Assembly (NCBI RefSeq): GCF_036365525.1
Contig: NC_090404.1
Coordinates: 11,932,550 to 11,996,549 of the forward strand
Length of the DNA: 64,000 nucleotides
Direction of reading: 5' to 3'
Source: Heterodontus francisci
Taxonomy: Eukaryota
Positions 24,156 to 36,830 of the stretch are shown one piece after another. The notes below the pieces were generated by a model, which saw nothing but the letters and a program-made list of their open reading frames with translations, searched no databases and had not been told where the DNA came from. Both the position numbers and the translations under genes were made by a program. Position 1 is the stretch's first letter. The number at the start of each line of letters is the position of its first letter.

Positions 24156-25500
24156 TCTTCTTTGGCCTCCTTATCTCGAGAGACAATGGGTAAGCGCCTG
24201 GAGGTGGTCAGTGGTTTGTGGAGCAGCGCCTGGAGTGGCTATAAAGGCCAATTCTAGAGTGACAGACTCTTCCACAGGTGCTGCAGAAAAATTTGTTTGT
24301 CGGGGCTGATTCACAGTTGGCTCTCCCCTTGCGCTTCTGTCTTTTTTCCTGTCTTTTTGACTCGCCACACTTTAGCCCCGCCTTTATGGCCGCCCGCCAG
24401 CTCTGGTGAATGCTGGCAACTGACTCCCACGACTTGTGAAAAATGTCACAGGAAATCATGTCGCGTTTGCAGACGTCTTTAAAGCGGAGACATGGACGGC
24501 CGGTGGGTCTGATACAAGTGGCGAGCTCGCTGTACAATGTGTCTTTGGGGATCCTGCCATCTTCCATGCGGCTCACATGGCCAAGCCATCTCAAGTGCCG
24601 CTGACTCAGTAGTGTGTATAAGCTGGGGATGTTGGCCGTCTTGAGGACTTCTGTGTTGGAGATATGGTCCTGCCACCTGATGCCAAGTATTCTCCGGAGG
24701 CAGTGAAGATGGAATGAATTGAGACGTCGCTCTTGGCTGACGTACGTTGTCCAGGCCTCGCTGCCATAGAGCAAGGTACTGAGGACACAGGCTTGATACA
24801 CTCGGACTTTTGTGTTCCGTGTCAGTGCGCCATTTTCCCACACTCTCTTGGCCAGTCTGGACATAGCAGTGGAAGCCTTTCCCATGCGCTGGCTGATTTC
24901 TGCATCTAGGGACAGGTTACTGGTGATAGTTGAGCCTAGGTAGGTGAACTCTTGAACCACTTCCAGAGCGTGGTCACCAATATTGATGGATGGAGCATTT
25001 CTGACGTCCTGTCCCATGATGTTTATTTTCTTGAGGCTGATGGTTAGGCCAAATTCATTGCAGGCAGCCGCAAACCTGTCGATGAGACTCTGCAGACACT
25101 CTTCAGTGTGAGATGTTAAAGCAGCATCGTCAGCAAAGAGGAGTTCCCTGATGAGGACTTTCCGTACTTTGGTCTTCGCTCTTAGACGGGCAAGGTTGAA
25201 CAACCTGCCACCAGATCTTGTGTGGAGGAAAATTCCTTCTTCTGAGGACTTGAACGCATGTGAGAACAGCAGGGAGAAAAAAATCCCAAAAAGTGTGGGT
25301 GTGAGAACACAGCCCTGTTTCACGCCACTCAGGATAGGAAAGGGGTCTGATGAGGTGCCACTATGTTGAATTGTGCCTTTCATATTGTCATGGAATGAGG
25401 TGATGATACTTAGTAGCTTTGGTGGACATCCGATCTTTTCTAGTAGTCTGAAGAGACCACGTCTGCTGACGAGGTCAAAGGCTTTGGTGAGATCAATGAA
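24156..25500 (-). mobile_element. RTE-clade LINE, 5'-truncated, RT frame uninterrupted
   Basis: FIDLTKAFD, GVKQGCVLTPTLF, LLFADDAAL, LLYGSEAW, C-terminal CSTC..H finger; tail shared with 8179-8357, 14462-14590 and 20130-20198. Confidence 0.93.
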
Positions 25501-25559
25501 GCGAAGTAGAGGGGCATCTGTTGTTCGCGGCATTTCTCCTGTATCTGATGAAGGGAGAA

Positions 25560-26410
25560 CAGCATGTGAGCAATGTGAACAACATTGTGAGCAGCAAATA
25601 CAGTATACTACATTAAAAGGAGTACAAGTAAATCGCTGCTTCACCTGAAAGATGTGTTTGGGGCCTTGGATAGTGAGGAGAGATGAGGTAAAAGGGCAGG
25701 TGGTACACCTCCTGCGATTGCAGGTGAAGGTGCCACGGGAAGGGGACGAGGTGTTGGAGGTAATGGAGGAGTGGACCCCGAGCTTCCGGTTGCTTGCTAT
25801 TTCAATAACCTCCCCCCACTGCTCTCATGCCCACATATTTGTTCTGGGTTTGCTGCAGTGTTCTAGTGAACGTTAACGCAAGCTCAAGGCACAGCATCTC
25901 ATTAAGCACGCTACAGCTTGCTGGACTGAACACTGAGTTCAATAATTTCAGAGCATGACGGGCCCCCTTTTTTATTTTTAGAAATTTTTTCTTTCTTATT
26001 TATTATTTTGTTTGTTTATTTTATTTTAAGTTGTTTCACCATTCCTTTTTTTTACCATGTGTCTACCCACTGATTTTTTCATGTTTGTGCTTTGGGCCAG
26101 GGCTGTTCTTTTTTTGCTCCATTAGCACCCTCTCTGCATTAATGCTTTGTCTTTCAGTCCACCATTAACATACCGTTTGCCTTTGCTCCATGACCTTTTG
26201 GTCAGTTATTCTCTGTGACCCTCTGTCCTATCAACACCTTGCCTTTTGTTATCTCTTGACCCATCCCCGCTCTATTTGCTTAAAAGCTATTACATTTCCA
26301 ATAATTGCCATTTCTGATAAAGGGTCACTGACTTGAAACGTTACTCTGCTTACCTCTCCACAGATGCTGCCAGATCGGCTGAATGTTTCCAGCATTTCTT
26401 TCTTTTATTT
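25560..26410. mobile_element. Penelope-like fragment (host of the RTE insertion; other part at ~24060-24152)
   Basis: KQRFTCTPFNVVYCICCSQC motif and tail CTCTCCACAGATGCTGCC. Confidence 0.7.
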
Positions 26411-26569
26411 TATCTTGTGTAAGCAGGATTATTTGTTTATGATCTTATTTACAGTTCTTTGTCAGCGAAATATTGTGCAGGTATATTTTCATTTTAATGT
26501 TGACTTACTTCCAAAGGCGGCCGAATTCGTTGAGGCTTTCAATGGCGGGTTATTTAACCAGCATTCCCC

Positions 26570-27925
26570 GCGGAAATGAATTTGCCCGATTCACGTTTCA
26601 GGAGTCGTGCGCAGGCGCAGTGCTGGACTGTCTCGAGAGCATGCGCAGTGTCACTTTGATCAGAGCTCTGCGAGTGCAGGAGATGCTTTGCAGCGGGTGA
26701 GAATCGGCGGGGCGCAGGGGAGGAATGGAGCCGGCAGCTGGGCGGGGAGGCTTCAGAAACACCTGGTGTAGGAAGAAAGCCCCGAATAAGAATCTGCACA
26801 CTGCAAATCCGGGTTTTTTCCTGGGAACAAGCCCCAGGTAAAAGGCCGCCATCATGGCTGAGTGGGGAGCATAGCGCATGCGTGGCCATCTTGGCGACGA
26901 CACAGAGAGTAGGCGGGGCTTCAGGGTCCCTGTTTGACCTTGAGGGAGTGTTTGTGACCTTGGAAATTGAGAAGGGAGGAGTGAAAAGGGCAGATGTTAT
27001 GTCTCCTGTGCTTGTATGGGAAAGGGAGGGGGTGTTGGACGTGATAGAGGTTTGGACCAGGGGGTCGCAGAGGGAATGGTCTCACCAGAATGCTGAAAGG
27101 GGAGGGGAAGATGTGTTTGGTGGTGGCATCACACTGGAGGTGGGGAAATGATGGAGGATGATGTGTTAAATGCGGAGGCTTGTGTGGTGGAAGGTGAGAA
27201 CAAGGGGAACCCTATCGTGCTTCTGGGAGATGGGGAAGTGGTAAGAGCAAAAATGTGAGAAGTGTAATGGAATAGGAAGGAGGAGGCTGGAGGGGGTTTA
27301 TAAACCCTGGGGCAACACGGGCTTCACACACACCGAGTGCAGTCCCAGGCCGCAATATAAAACGGGGAATATTATTCGATTTACAATCACCCATTGTAGG
27401 TTTCACCGTGAATAAAAACCTTCCAGTCCTGTGTTTGTACTGAGCGGGAAGGCAGCTGTGGGACCTCTCCTGGTGACAGGCCTGGGTTAACGGCCGTCAT
27501 CTTTATGGGAGAAAATGTGGAACAGGGAGGGAATATGGGATTAATGTAGGATTAGTATAAATGGGTGGTTGTTGGTCGGCACAGACTCGGTGGGCCGAAG
27601 GGTCTGTTTCAGTGCTGTATCTCTCTGACTCTACGAGGGAGCTTGTGTGGTCATCGTGGGTCAGGAAGCAGGAGGAGAGAATGTTGTGATTTTCTTTCCT
27701 GGACTGGCAGTGATGGCTTTTCTAAACTTTTACAGGGTTTAAAAGGGGAGGATTTACACACAGCAAACTCACACCAAACATCACATCGAGATCTTACAGC
27801 TACTCGATTCATCAGGACCTGAACATCATCGTCCTTTGAATGTGGAAGGAGAAATATTTATTTGTTCTCTGTGGGAAAAGATTTGAAATATCAGTGTGAC
27901 TGGAAAAGCACCGAGACACACACAG
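26570..27925 (+). pseudogene. ZNF-C: promoter/exon 1, intron and start of exon 2, truncated by a Penelope-like insertion
   Basis: ATG 26641, donor 26697, acceptor TTTTACAG ending 27735, first decayed finger to 27925. Confidence 0.8.
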
Positions 27926-30875
27926 GAAGTGCTGGAAATACTCAGCAGGTCTGACAGCATCTATGGAGAGAGAAACAGAATTAACGTTTCAGTTCTGTGA
28001 CCTTTCATCAGAAATGGCAATGGTTAGAAATGTAATAGGTTTTGAGCAAGTGAAGGGTGGTGGGGAAAGGAGAACAAAAGGGAAGATGTGTGATAGGGCA
28101 GAGGGCAGGAGAGATTAAATGACAAAGATGTTGTGGAACAAAGGCAAAGGGGGTGCTAATAATTGTGGTGAAAGACAAAACATTAATCCAGAGAGTGTTA
28201 ATGGCAGAATAATGAACTGCTCAGTCCAAAAGCCGAAACATGAAAAATTAAGTTTCAGACAGGCACGTGGTTAATACATTTTTTTCAAAAAAACAGCCAT
28301 GCTCTGAAATTGTTGAACTCAATGTTGAGCCTAGAAGGCAATAAATAAAGTTCTATTCCTCGAGCTTGCGTTGATATATGGAACACTGCAGCAGGCCAAG
28401 TACTGAAATGTGTTTGGTGGTGGCATCGCGCTGGAGGTGAGAGAAATGGCGGCGGATGATCCTTTGGCTGTGGAGGTTGGTGGGGCTGGAAAGTGAGGAC
28501 AAGGGGTACCCTGCTGTGGTTCTGGGAGGGAGGGGAAGGGGTGAGGGCAGAAGTGCAGCAAATGGGTCAGACAAGGTCGAGGGCCCTGTCCACCATTGTG
28601 GGGAGGAATCCTCGATTGAGGAGAAAGGAAGACATATCAGAAGCACTGTTGTGGAAGGTTGCATCATCAGAACAGATGCGTGGGAGGAGAAACTGGGAGA
28701 ATGGGATGGAGTCCTTACAGGAGGCCAGGTGCGAGGAAGTGTAGTCGAGGTAGCTGTGGAAGTCGGTGGGCTTATAATGAAGGGACAGCCTATCCCCAGT
28801 GATGGAGATAGGGAAGTCGAGGAAAGGAAGTGTTGGAGATGGACCATGTGAAAGTGAGAGAAAGGTGGAAATTGGAAGCAAAGTTGAAGTTTTCTAGTTC
28901 TGGGCAGGAGCAGGAAAAGATACCGATACAGTCATCAATGTACTGGGAAAAGAGTTGGGGGAGGGGCCTGAGTAGGACTGGAACAAGGAATGTCTAACAT
29001 GTCCCACAAAAAGGCAGGCATAGCTCAGACCCATGCAGGTACCCAAAGCAGCACCGTATATTTGGAGGAAGTGAGTGGAGTTGAAGGAGAAGTTGTTTAA
29101 GGTGAGGACAGGTTCAGCCAGGCAGAGGCAGGTGGTGGTAGATGGGGACTGGTTGGGCTTCTGTTCAAGGAAGAAGTGGAGAGCCCTCAGACCATCCTGG
29201 TGGGAGATGGAGGTGTAGAGAGATTGGACATCCATAGTGAAGAGGAGGGGGTTAGGGTCAGGAAACTGGAAATTGTGATATGACACAGGGCATCAGAAGA
29301 GTCGCAGATGCAGGTGGAAAGAGACTGGAGCAGGGGAGAAAAGATAGAGCCAAGACAGGAAGAAATAAGTTCAGCGGGGCAGGAACAGGTTCAAACGATG
29401 GCTTTCCCAGGACAGTCGTGTTTGTAGATTTTGGGAAGGAGGTAGAAGTGGGCTGTCTGAGCTTGTGGGACTCTGAGGTTGGAATCTGTAGAGGGAAGAT
29501 CTCCGGAGAAGATGAGGTCAGTGACAGTCCTGTGGACAGTAGCTTGATGTTCGGTGGTGGGACCATGGTCCAGAGGGAGGTAGGAAGAAGTGTCTGAGAA
29601 TTGGCTCTGAGGCTTTGCAAGATAGAGGTCGGTATGCTAGACAACAGCAGCACCACCTTTGTCTGCAGGTTTGATCACAATGTTGGGGTGGATGGAGAAT
29701 ACTGGAAGTGGGTGAAAGGGTCTGCTGGTCGGGGGAGGAGTAATGCTTGTAAAAGTGAGCCCGGAGGTGAAGAAGAGCTCAAAGTCATGCCGAGCATGAA
29801 ATTCATTGAGGGGGGGCGGGGGGGGGGGGGGGGGCGGAAGGGGATAAAATGGAGTCCTCTGTTAAGTACAGATCATTTCACGTCAGAGGGTATTGTGAGT
29901 AAAGGTGTGCAAAGGAAACCCGACCCCAGTCCGAATGCCGGAGCCAGAGGCCCGACACATGTCGCCGGATCCCATCGGGGTCGGGCCGGGTATCAGGCCT
30001 TTATATCAGTGCATGGGTGCTATGCCTGCTACCTGACCCGACCCTGATGGGTCCCGATGACATGTGCCGGGTCCAGGCTGGGTTGGGTCCGACTTCCGGG
30101 TCCGGCATTCGCGTTCGGTCGGGTTTCCTTTGCACACCTTTAATTGTGAGTACACGGCAAGGGGTCAGAGTAGGAGAAGGGATGGGGTCAGAGAGAGGTG
30201 AAGGGGAAGAAGGATCTGGAGGGGCGTTGGTGCCCATTAGCTGCTTCAGCTTGCATTCCTTCACACCTGAAAGAAAGAGAAAAAGTTTTTTGTGAATGCG
30301 TCGGATAAGACGAAGGATGAAATGAAACTGCAGAGCAGAACAGCTTTGTGATATGGTGAGGCGGTGCTTCTGGAGAGAGAGGTCAAGTGTGTAAATATGG
30401 CGGCACATGGCACTGACTGTGGATCTCAGGATGAGGTGAGAGCAGCAGTCCGAGAAACGTATTGGAAATACCTGTAATCCTGGGCGGATTCAAAACATGA
30501 AGGACAGAACTTCAGTTGGAATCCACGTGGAATATGTCGGAGCCGGAGACAGTCGCTGAGAAAGGAGATGTGGCTGTGAAAATGAGTTTTGGTAGACACC
30601 TTATCGAACACGAGGAGGGAAATAGAAAGCAATGAAGGTGAACAAAGTAAAAGAGACAAACGAAAATCCCATCAGTGAGAAGGTCAGAACTTCTTCAAGG
30701 TAGGCATTCCTGGAAGAGTGGTGGCAGTGAATTAAGCACTAAAATAAAAGCAAAGTACTGCGGATGCTTGAAATCTGAAAAGGTTCTGATGAAAGGTCAG
30801 AGACCTGAAACGTTAACTCTGCTTCTTTCTCCACAGATGCTGCCAGACCTGCTGAGTATTTCCAGCACTTTCTGT
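27925..30875 (-). mobile_element. Penelope-like retroelement, long degenerate copy
   Basis: LFTMDVQSLYTSI, GAALGTCMGLSYACLFVG, YKPTDFHSYLDYTSSH, KDSIPFSQFL; related terminal repeats at both ends. Confidence 0.85.
29900..30142. mobile_element. hAT-type MITE, 243 bp
   Basis: Perfect 26-bp TIR TAAAGGTGTGCAAAGGAAACCCGACC; 8-bp TSD ATTGTGAG at 29892-29899 and 30143-30150. Confidence 0.92.
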
Positions 30876-30924
30876 TGAGCGGGGAACAGAGCGCATGCGC
30901 AGCCATCTTGATGACGACACAGAT

Positions 30925-31262
30925 TCATAGAGAGATAGAGCACCGAAACAGGCCCTTGGGCCCAACGAGTCCACGCCGACCATCAACCACCCATTTATAT
31001 TAATCCTGCGTTAATCCCATTTTTCCCTCTTACATCCCACCTTCCCTCAATTCTCCTACCACCTACCTACACTAGGAGCAATTTTTACAATGGCCAATTT
31101 ACGTATCAACCCGCAAGTCTTTGGCATGTGGGAGGAAACCGGAGCACCTGGAGGAAACCCACACAGTCACAGGGAGAACTTACAAACTCTGCATAGGCAG
31201 TACCCAGAACCAAACCCAGATCGCTAGAGTTGTGAGGCTGCGGTGCTAGCCGCTGTGCCACA
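30925..31262 (-). mobile_element. HE1-like SINE
   Basis: Reverse complement of the 11212 family. Confidence 0.85.
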
Positions 31263-31269
31263 GTGTGTG

Positions 31270-31605
31270 GGACTTCAGGCTCCCAGTGACCAGGAGAGAA
31301 AATCCTTGACTCATTGATTTGATTCTCGCTCTGCACACAGGGGCTGGAGAACTGAACCCAACCAGAGTAGAGGGAGGGAGAAAACTGGCAGTGGAGGAAA
31401 GAAATGGTGCAGATGGGTTTGGATTTCAGCACAGGGAGGAGGGAGAGTGTGTGGGACGGGGATTTACAGCTTTGGGGGAACAAGAGAGGAACAAATGTTC
31501 CATTGAATCTAGAATTGTCTGTTCAGAATTTCTATCCTGTACTGACAATGATGACTTTTGTAAACTCCTATTACAGGGATTAGGAGGGGCAGATTTGCAC
31601 ACATT
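31270..31605 (+). pseudogene. ZNF cassette intron and acceptor remnant
   Basis: Homologous to 6540-6850; acceptor CTCCTATTACAG followed by ~25 nt of exon 2. Confidence 0.75.
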
Positions 31606-31794
31606 GATTTTATTTTCAATCTGCATACAGCGGGTTTCCCACCCTCTCTCGTGAAGGTGCTGGTAAGTGCCAGGGTTACTGTTCACATCCAACTGAATTG
31701 GAACTCAAATGCTCTGAAATTGTTGAATTCTGTGTTGAGTCCGGAAGTGCAAAATTGAAAGATGAGCTGCTGTTCCTCAAGCTGCTTTGATGCA

Positions 31795-32935
31795 TACCTA
31801 GCATAAAGAAAGATGGCTGTGGTTGTTGGAGGTCAATCATCTCACTCCCAGGACATCACTGCAGGAGTTCCTTAGGGTAGCATCGTCGGCCCAACCGTCT
31901 TCAGCTGCTTCATCAATGACCTTCCCTCCATCATTAGGTCAGGGGTAGAGATGTTCAGCACCATTTGCAACTCCTCAGATACTGAAGCAGCCTATGTCCA
32001 GATGCAACAAGACCTGGACAACATCCAGATTTAGCCTCATAAGTAGTAGACAATGACCACCTCAAACAGATGAAAATCTAACCATCTCCCCTTGATATTC
32101 AATGGCATTATCATCGCTAAATACCCCACTACTGACATCCTGGAAGGGGGGGGGGGGGAGCGAGGGAGTGGAGGGGGGTTTAACCATTGACCAGAAACTG
32201 AACTTGACCAGCCACATAAATACTGTGGCGACTAGAGCAGGTCAGAGGCTTGGAATTCTGCGGCAAGTAACTCAGTTCCTGACTCACCAGTGCCTGTCTA
32301 CCATCTGCAAGGCACAAGTCAGGAGTGTGATGGAATACTCTCCACTTGCCTGTATGGGTGAAGCTCCAACAATGCTCAAGAAGTTCGACACAATCCAGGA
32401 AAGAGTAGCCCGCTTGATTGGCACCCCATCCACCACCTTCAACATTCACTTCCTCCACCACCATCGCACAGTGGCAGCAGTGTGTACCATCTACAAGATG
32501 CACTGCAGCAACTCACCAAGGCTCCTTCGACAGCATCTTCCAAACCTGCAACCTCTAACACCTCGAAGGACAAGGGCAGCAGATGAAAGGTCACAGACCT
32601 GAAACGTCGACACTGCTTCTCTCTCCACAAATGCTGCCTGACCAGCTGAGTATTTCCAGCATTTTCTGTCTTTATTACACGGAAACACCATCACCTGCAA
32701 GTTCCCCTCTAGGCCACACACCATCCTGACTTGGAACTTTATTGCTGTTCCTTCACTATTGCTGGGTGAAAATCCTGGAACTCCCTTCGTAACAGCACTG
32801 TGGGAGTCCCTACACCCAAGGGCTGCAATGGTTTAAGAAGGCAGCTCACCACCACCTTCTCGAAGGCAATCAGGGATGGGCAATAAATGCTAGTCTGACC
32901 AGTGACGCCCACATCCCATGAATGAATAAAATAAA
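31795..32935 (+). mobile_element. CR1/L2-group LINE 3' fragment
   Basis: Same family as 15255-16398 (VMEYSPLAC, HHHRTVAAVCTIYK). Confidence 0.85.
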
Positions 32936-33259
32936 ATGAGGTGAGCGCTGATATCTCAGAGGGTTGGAGGAGATAGTGAGGGGTGAAGCATGGAGGGATA
33001 TGAAAACAAGGATGAGAATTTTTAAATTGAGGTGCTGCTTAACTGGGAGCCTATGTAGGTCAGCAAGCACGGTGGTGATGGCTGAACAGGACATGGTTCG
33101 AGTAAGGACACAGGCAGCAGAGGTTTGGACTATCTGAAGTTTACGGAGTGTAGAATGTGGGAGGCCAGCCAGGAGTGTGTCAGAATAGTCAAGCTGAAAG
33201 ACAACAAATGCATTGATGTAAGTTTCAGAGGCAGTTGAGCTGAGGCAGCGGCAAAGTCA

Positions 33260-33710
33260 GATGATGAGGTGTTTGTCTTATGAGGAAAGGGTGAGCAGGT
33301 CGGGCTTGTACTTATTACAGTTTAGACAATTGAGAGGTGATCTAATTGTAATGTATAGGATTCTGAGGGGGATTGACAAGGTAGATGCTGAGAGGATGTT
33401 TCCCCTCATGTGGGAATCTAGAAATACAGGGCACAGTTTCAGATTAAGGGGTCTCCCATTTAAAGAGGGAGATGAGGAGGAATTTCTTCTCTGAGGTTTG
33501 TTAGTGTTTGAAATTCCCTTTCCCAGCAAGCTGTAGAGGCTGGATCATTGAATATATTCAAGGTTGAGTGGGTCAGATTTTAGTTGACAAGCGTAAAGGG
33601 GGAGGCAGGCAGGAAAGTGGAGTCAAGGCCACAATCAGATCAGCCATGATCATATTGAATGGCAGAGCAAGCACGAGGGGCCGAATGGCCTACATTGGCT
33701 CCTATTGCTT
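33260..33710 (+). mobile_element. CR1-type LINE 3' fragment
   Basis: LSYEERVSRSGLY..LRGDLI and 3' tail. Confidence 0.8.
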
Positions 33711-33806
33711 AAGTTCTTCTGTTACTGAGGTGAAAATAGGCGTTATGAATGATGGCGCCAATATACAGTCAGAAGCTCACCTTGGGGTCAGATATGACAC
33801 CCAGGT

Positions 33807-34050
33807 TAAAGGTCGGCTTGGGTCTGCAAATGAAACCTGACCCGAGCCCGACCCGCCCGAGTCCTTTCATTTTTTTCCTGGGCCGGACCTCAAGTCCAAA
33901 AAGTACATTAACATTGGAGCCACTTACCTGAGGTGGTGATAGAGCTTGTCCGACCCGAGCCCGAGCCCGAATGCTGGACCTGGAAGTGCGACCCAACCCG
34001 AACCCGACACATGTCATCAGGTCCCGTCAGGTTCGGGACGCCATGCTCTA
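33807..34050. mobile_element. hAT-type MITE related to 29900-30142
   Basis: CCCGA subterminal repeats, shared CCCGACACATGTC; 8-bp TSD ACCCAGGT/ATCCAGGT with one mismatch. Confidence 0.7.
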
Positions 34051-34678
34051 ATCCAGGTTATGAGTGGTTTGGTTTAGCCTCAGACAGTTGCCAGGAAAGG
34101 GATGGAGTCGGTGGCTAGGCAATGTAATTTGTGGCACGGACCGAAGATGATAGCTTCACTCTTCGCGATGTTCGATTGGAGGAAATTTCTGTTCATCCAG
34201 TACTGGATATCAGACAAGTCAGGACGATGTGTGACTTGGAGGGGAATTTGGAGGTGATGGTGTTTACATACACCTGCTGTCCTAATCCTTCTAGATGGTG
34301 GAAGTTGAGGGTTTGGTAGGCTCTGCAATGCTCTGGTCGAGTTTTAGATACATAAAATCCCTCTTCTTCGCTCTTTGCCCCTCCCACATCTCCTCCTCTC
34401 TCTGTCTCTCTCTCTCTCCCTCTCCCGTCTCCCTCTCTCTCCTCCCATGGAGGGCAGAGTCTTGTGTAGGTCCAGACCGGTTGGCAGGTTCCCTTCCCTG
34501 AAGGACATTAATGAACTGGTTGGCTTTTTACGACAATCCAGCAGCTTCCATGGTCACATTTTCCTGGGGCCAGCCCCATAAATTACCAGATTCATTCAGC
34601 TCACTTCCACAATCTGCCTTTGTGTTTTTGTATGTTTCTCTCACACTCCCTTTCTCATGTTTTAAATCTGTTTCACAG

Positions 34679-35484
34679 GGTATTAGAAGGGGAGGATTTG
34701 CAGCTGGCAAATTCAAACCAAACATCACATCATGATCTGATGGAGTCGCCCAAATTATCATAACCTGAATATCATCGGATATTGAGCATGGCAGGAAAAA
34801 GTACCGATCACAATGGAGACAAACCATACACGTGTTCAGTGTGTGGACGAGGTTTCAGCCGATCATGTGGCCTGTTGAGACACAAACACAGTCACACCAG
34901 GGAGGAACCGTGTAACTATGGGGGCTGTGGAAAGGGATTCAATTATCCAGTTGAGCTGGAAACTCATCCACGCAGTCATAACCTGGAGAAGCTCTTTACC
35001 TGCTCTGTGTGTGGGAAGGTATTCGCTGAGTCATCCAACCTCTGGAAGCACCGGCGAGTTCACACTGGGAAGAAACTTTTAACTTTTCAGACTGTGGAAA
35101 TTGCTATAAACGTTCTGCTCAATTGAGGTCCCATCAACGTGTTCACTCTGACGAGACACCATTCAGGTGCTCTCAATGTGGAACTGGATTCAAGCGATCA
35201 AGCGACCTCACTGTACACCAGCGAATTCACACTGGGGAGAGGCCGTTCATCTGCTTTTGTGGGAAGGGATTTGCTTGTTCATCCACCCTGCTGACACACC
35301 ACTGACTTCACACTGGGGAGAAGCCGTTCACCTGCTCTGTGTGTGGGAAGGCATTCACTCTACATCCAACCTGCTGACACACCAGCGAGTTCACAGTGGA
35401 GAGAAGCCGTTCATCTGCTTCATGTGTGGGAAGAGATTTGCTCATTCATGCCACCTGCTGACACACGAGCGACTTCACAGATAA
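34679..35484 (+). pseudogene. C2H2 zinc-finger pseudogene (ZNF-D)
   Basis: Acceptor TTTCACAG ending 34678; ~8 fingers spread over three frames (34782, 35123, 35167) with frameshifts and stops. Confidence 0.85.
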
Positions 35485-35618
35485 CTACAGTGATTGGATT
35501 CTGCTGTTAATCACATCCAGGACTGAACCATGTTATCACACTCACGAGAAGTGCAGCGATGAAAATACAGATCCAAACTGAAATTATAACAATTTCAAAA
35601 GACTGGTACATTTGCTGT

Positions 35619-35845
35619 TGTTATGACCAAGGCGGGAGTAATGCACTGTTAATTCAGTCCCATCACTTCACAGGTCACAGCATATCAAGAAAGTTTCCCA
35701 CCTATCAAAGAATAACCAAATTCGATACTCTATATGTCCCCCAGAATAAAGCACACCAAACCAGGTTTCTTTAAACAACAACGACATTAACTATTTATTT
35801 GAAAAGAAATAATAAGTCTTAACTACTAATGAGATAAATATATTG
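35619..35845 (-). mobile_element. Gypsy LTR 3' fragment
   Basis: Reverse complement of 62850-63015 (GTGCATTACTCCCGCCT.GGTC.TAA). Confidence 0.7.
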
Positions 35846-35969
35846 TCACAGAATCATATTTATTTTCTCCTCAGATTAAAACAGTGTGCCTTTAAGTCTC
35901 TTAAAAACAGTGTACCTTTAAGACAGAGAGATAAGTTGCTGGATTTCTGCGGCACATTGTGCCAGCTAG

Positions 35970-36510
35970 AGTCATAGCGTCATAGAGTTATAGAGCACAG
36001 AAACAGGTCCTTTGGCCCATCGTGTCCGTGCCAGCCATCAAGCACCTATCTGTTCTCATCTCATTTTCCAGCACTTGGCCCGTAGCCTTGTATGCTATGG
36101 CGTTTCACGTGCTCATCTAAATACTTCTGAAATGTGAGGGTTCCTGCCTCTACCACCTCTTCAGACAGTGTGTTCCAGATTCCAACCATCCTCTAGGTGA
36201 AAACGTTTTTCCTCAAATCCCTTCTAAACCTCCTGTCCCTTAACTTAAATCTATGCCCCCTGGTTATTGACACCTCCACTAAGGGAAAAAGTTTCTTCTT
36301 ATCTAACCTATCTATGCCCCTCATAATTTTGTATACCTCAGTCAGGTCCCCCCCTCAGCCTTCTCTGCTTTAGGGAAAACAACCCTAGCCTCTCCAGTCT
36401 CTCTTCATAGCTGAAATGCTCCATCCAGGCAACAGTCTGGTGAATCTCCTCTGCACCCTCTCCAGTGCAATCACATCCTTCCTCTAGTGTGGCGACCAGA
36501 AATGTACTCA
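35970..36510 (-). mobile_element. CR1-type LINE 3' fragment
   Basis: Reverse complement of the 20870-21375 family. Confidence 0.85.
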
Positions 36511-36629
36511 GTTTTGTTATGATCTTTTAGTAAGGTTACTGTGATTCTCACTGAGGAGGCTGAATTATTGCTTCAGTTTATCAGTGTGAGAGCGCCCTCT
36601 GGTGAGCTCCATCTGGAACTCTCAATGTG

Positions 36630-36830
36630 AATTCTTGTCCGGGATCCGCTATATCTCTGCAACAGTATGGGCTCCAGGCACAGAAATACAGGGCCGTGTC
36701 GGAGAGAAGGACACCAGCAATATTTAAAGGGACCGTTTAGTTTCCTTTGTGCAAAACAACAGTGAACCTGTGTGGCACATCTGGAGGCCCATCTCCCTTC
36801 CCCGAGCTATATTTCTTCAGTAAGACCAAT
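36630..36830 (-). pseudogene. Inverted TCR V pseudogene 3' half with degenerate RSS
   Basis: LLKKYSSGKGDGPPDVPHRFTVVLHKGN*TVPLNIAGVLLSDTALYFCAWS, then CATACTG (36663-36669), 24 bp, ACAAGAATT (36630-36638). Confidence 0.8.

Noticed and set aside
24208-25644. 478-aa ORF with a Cys-rich N-terminus fused to RT
   Set aside because: Chance in-frame junction of a 5'-truncated RTE with flanking Penelope-derived sequence.
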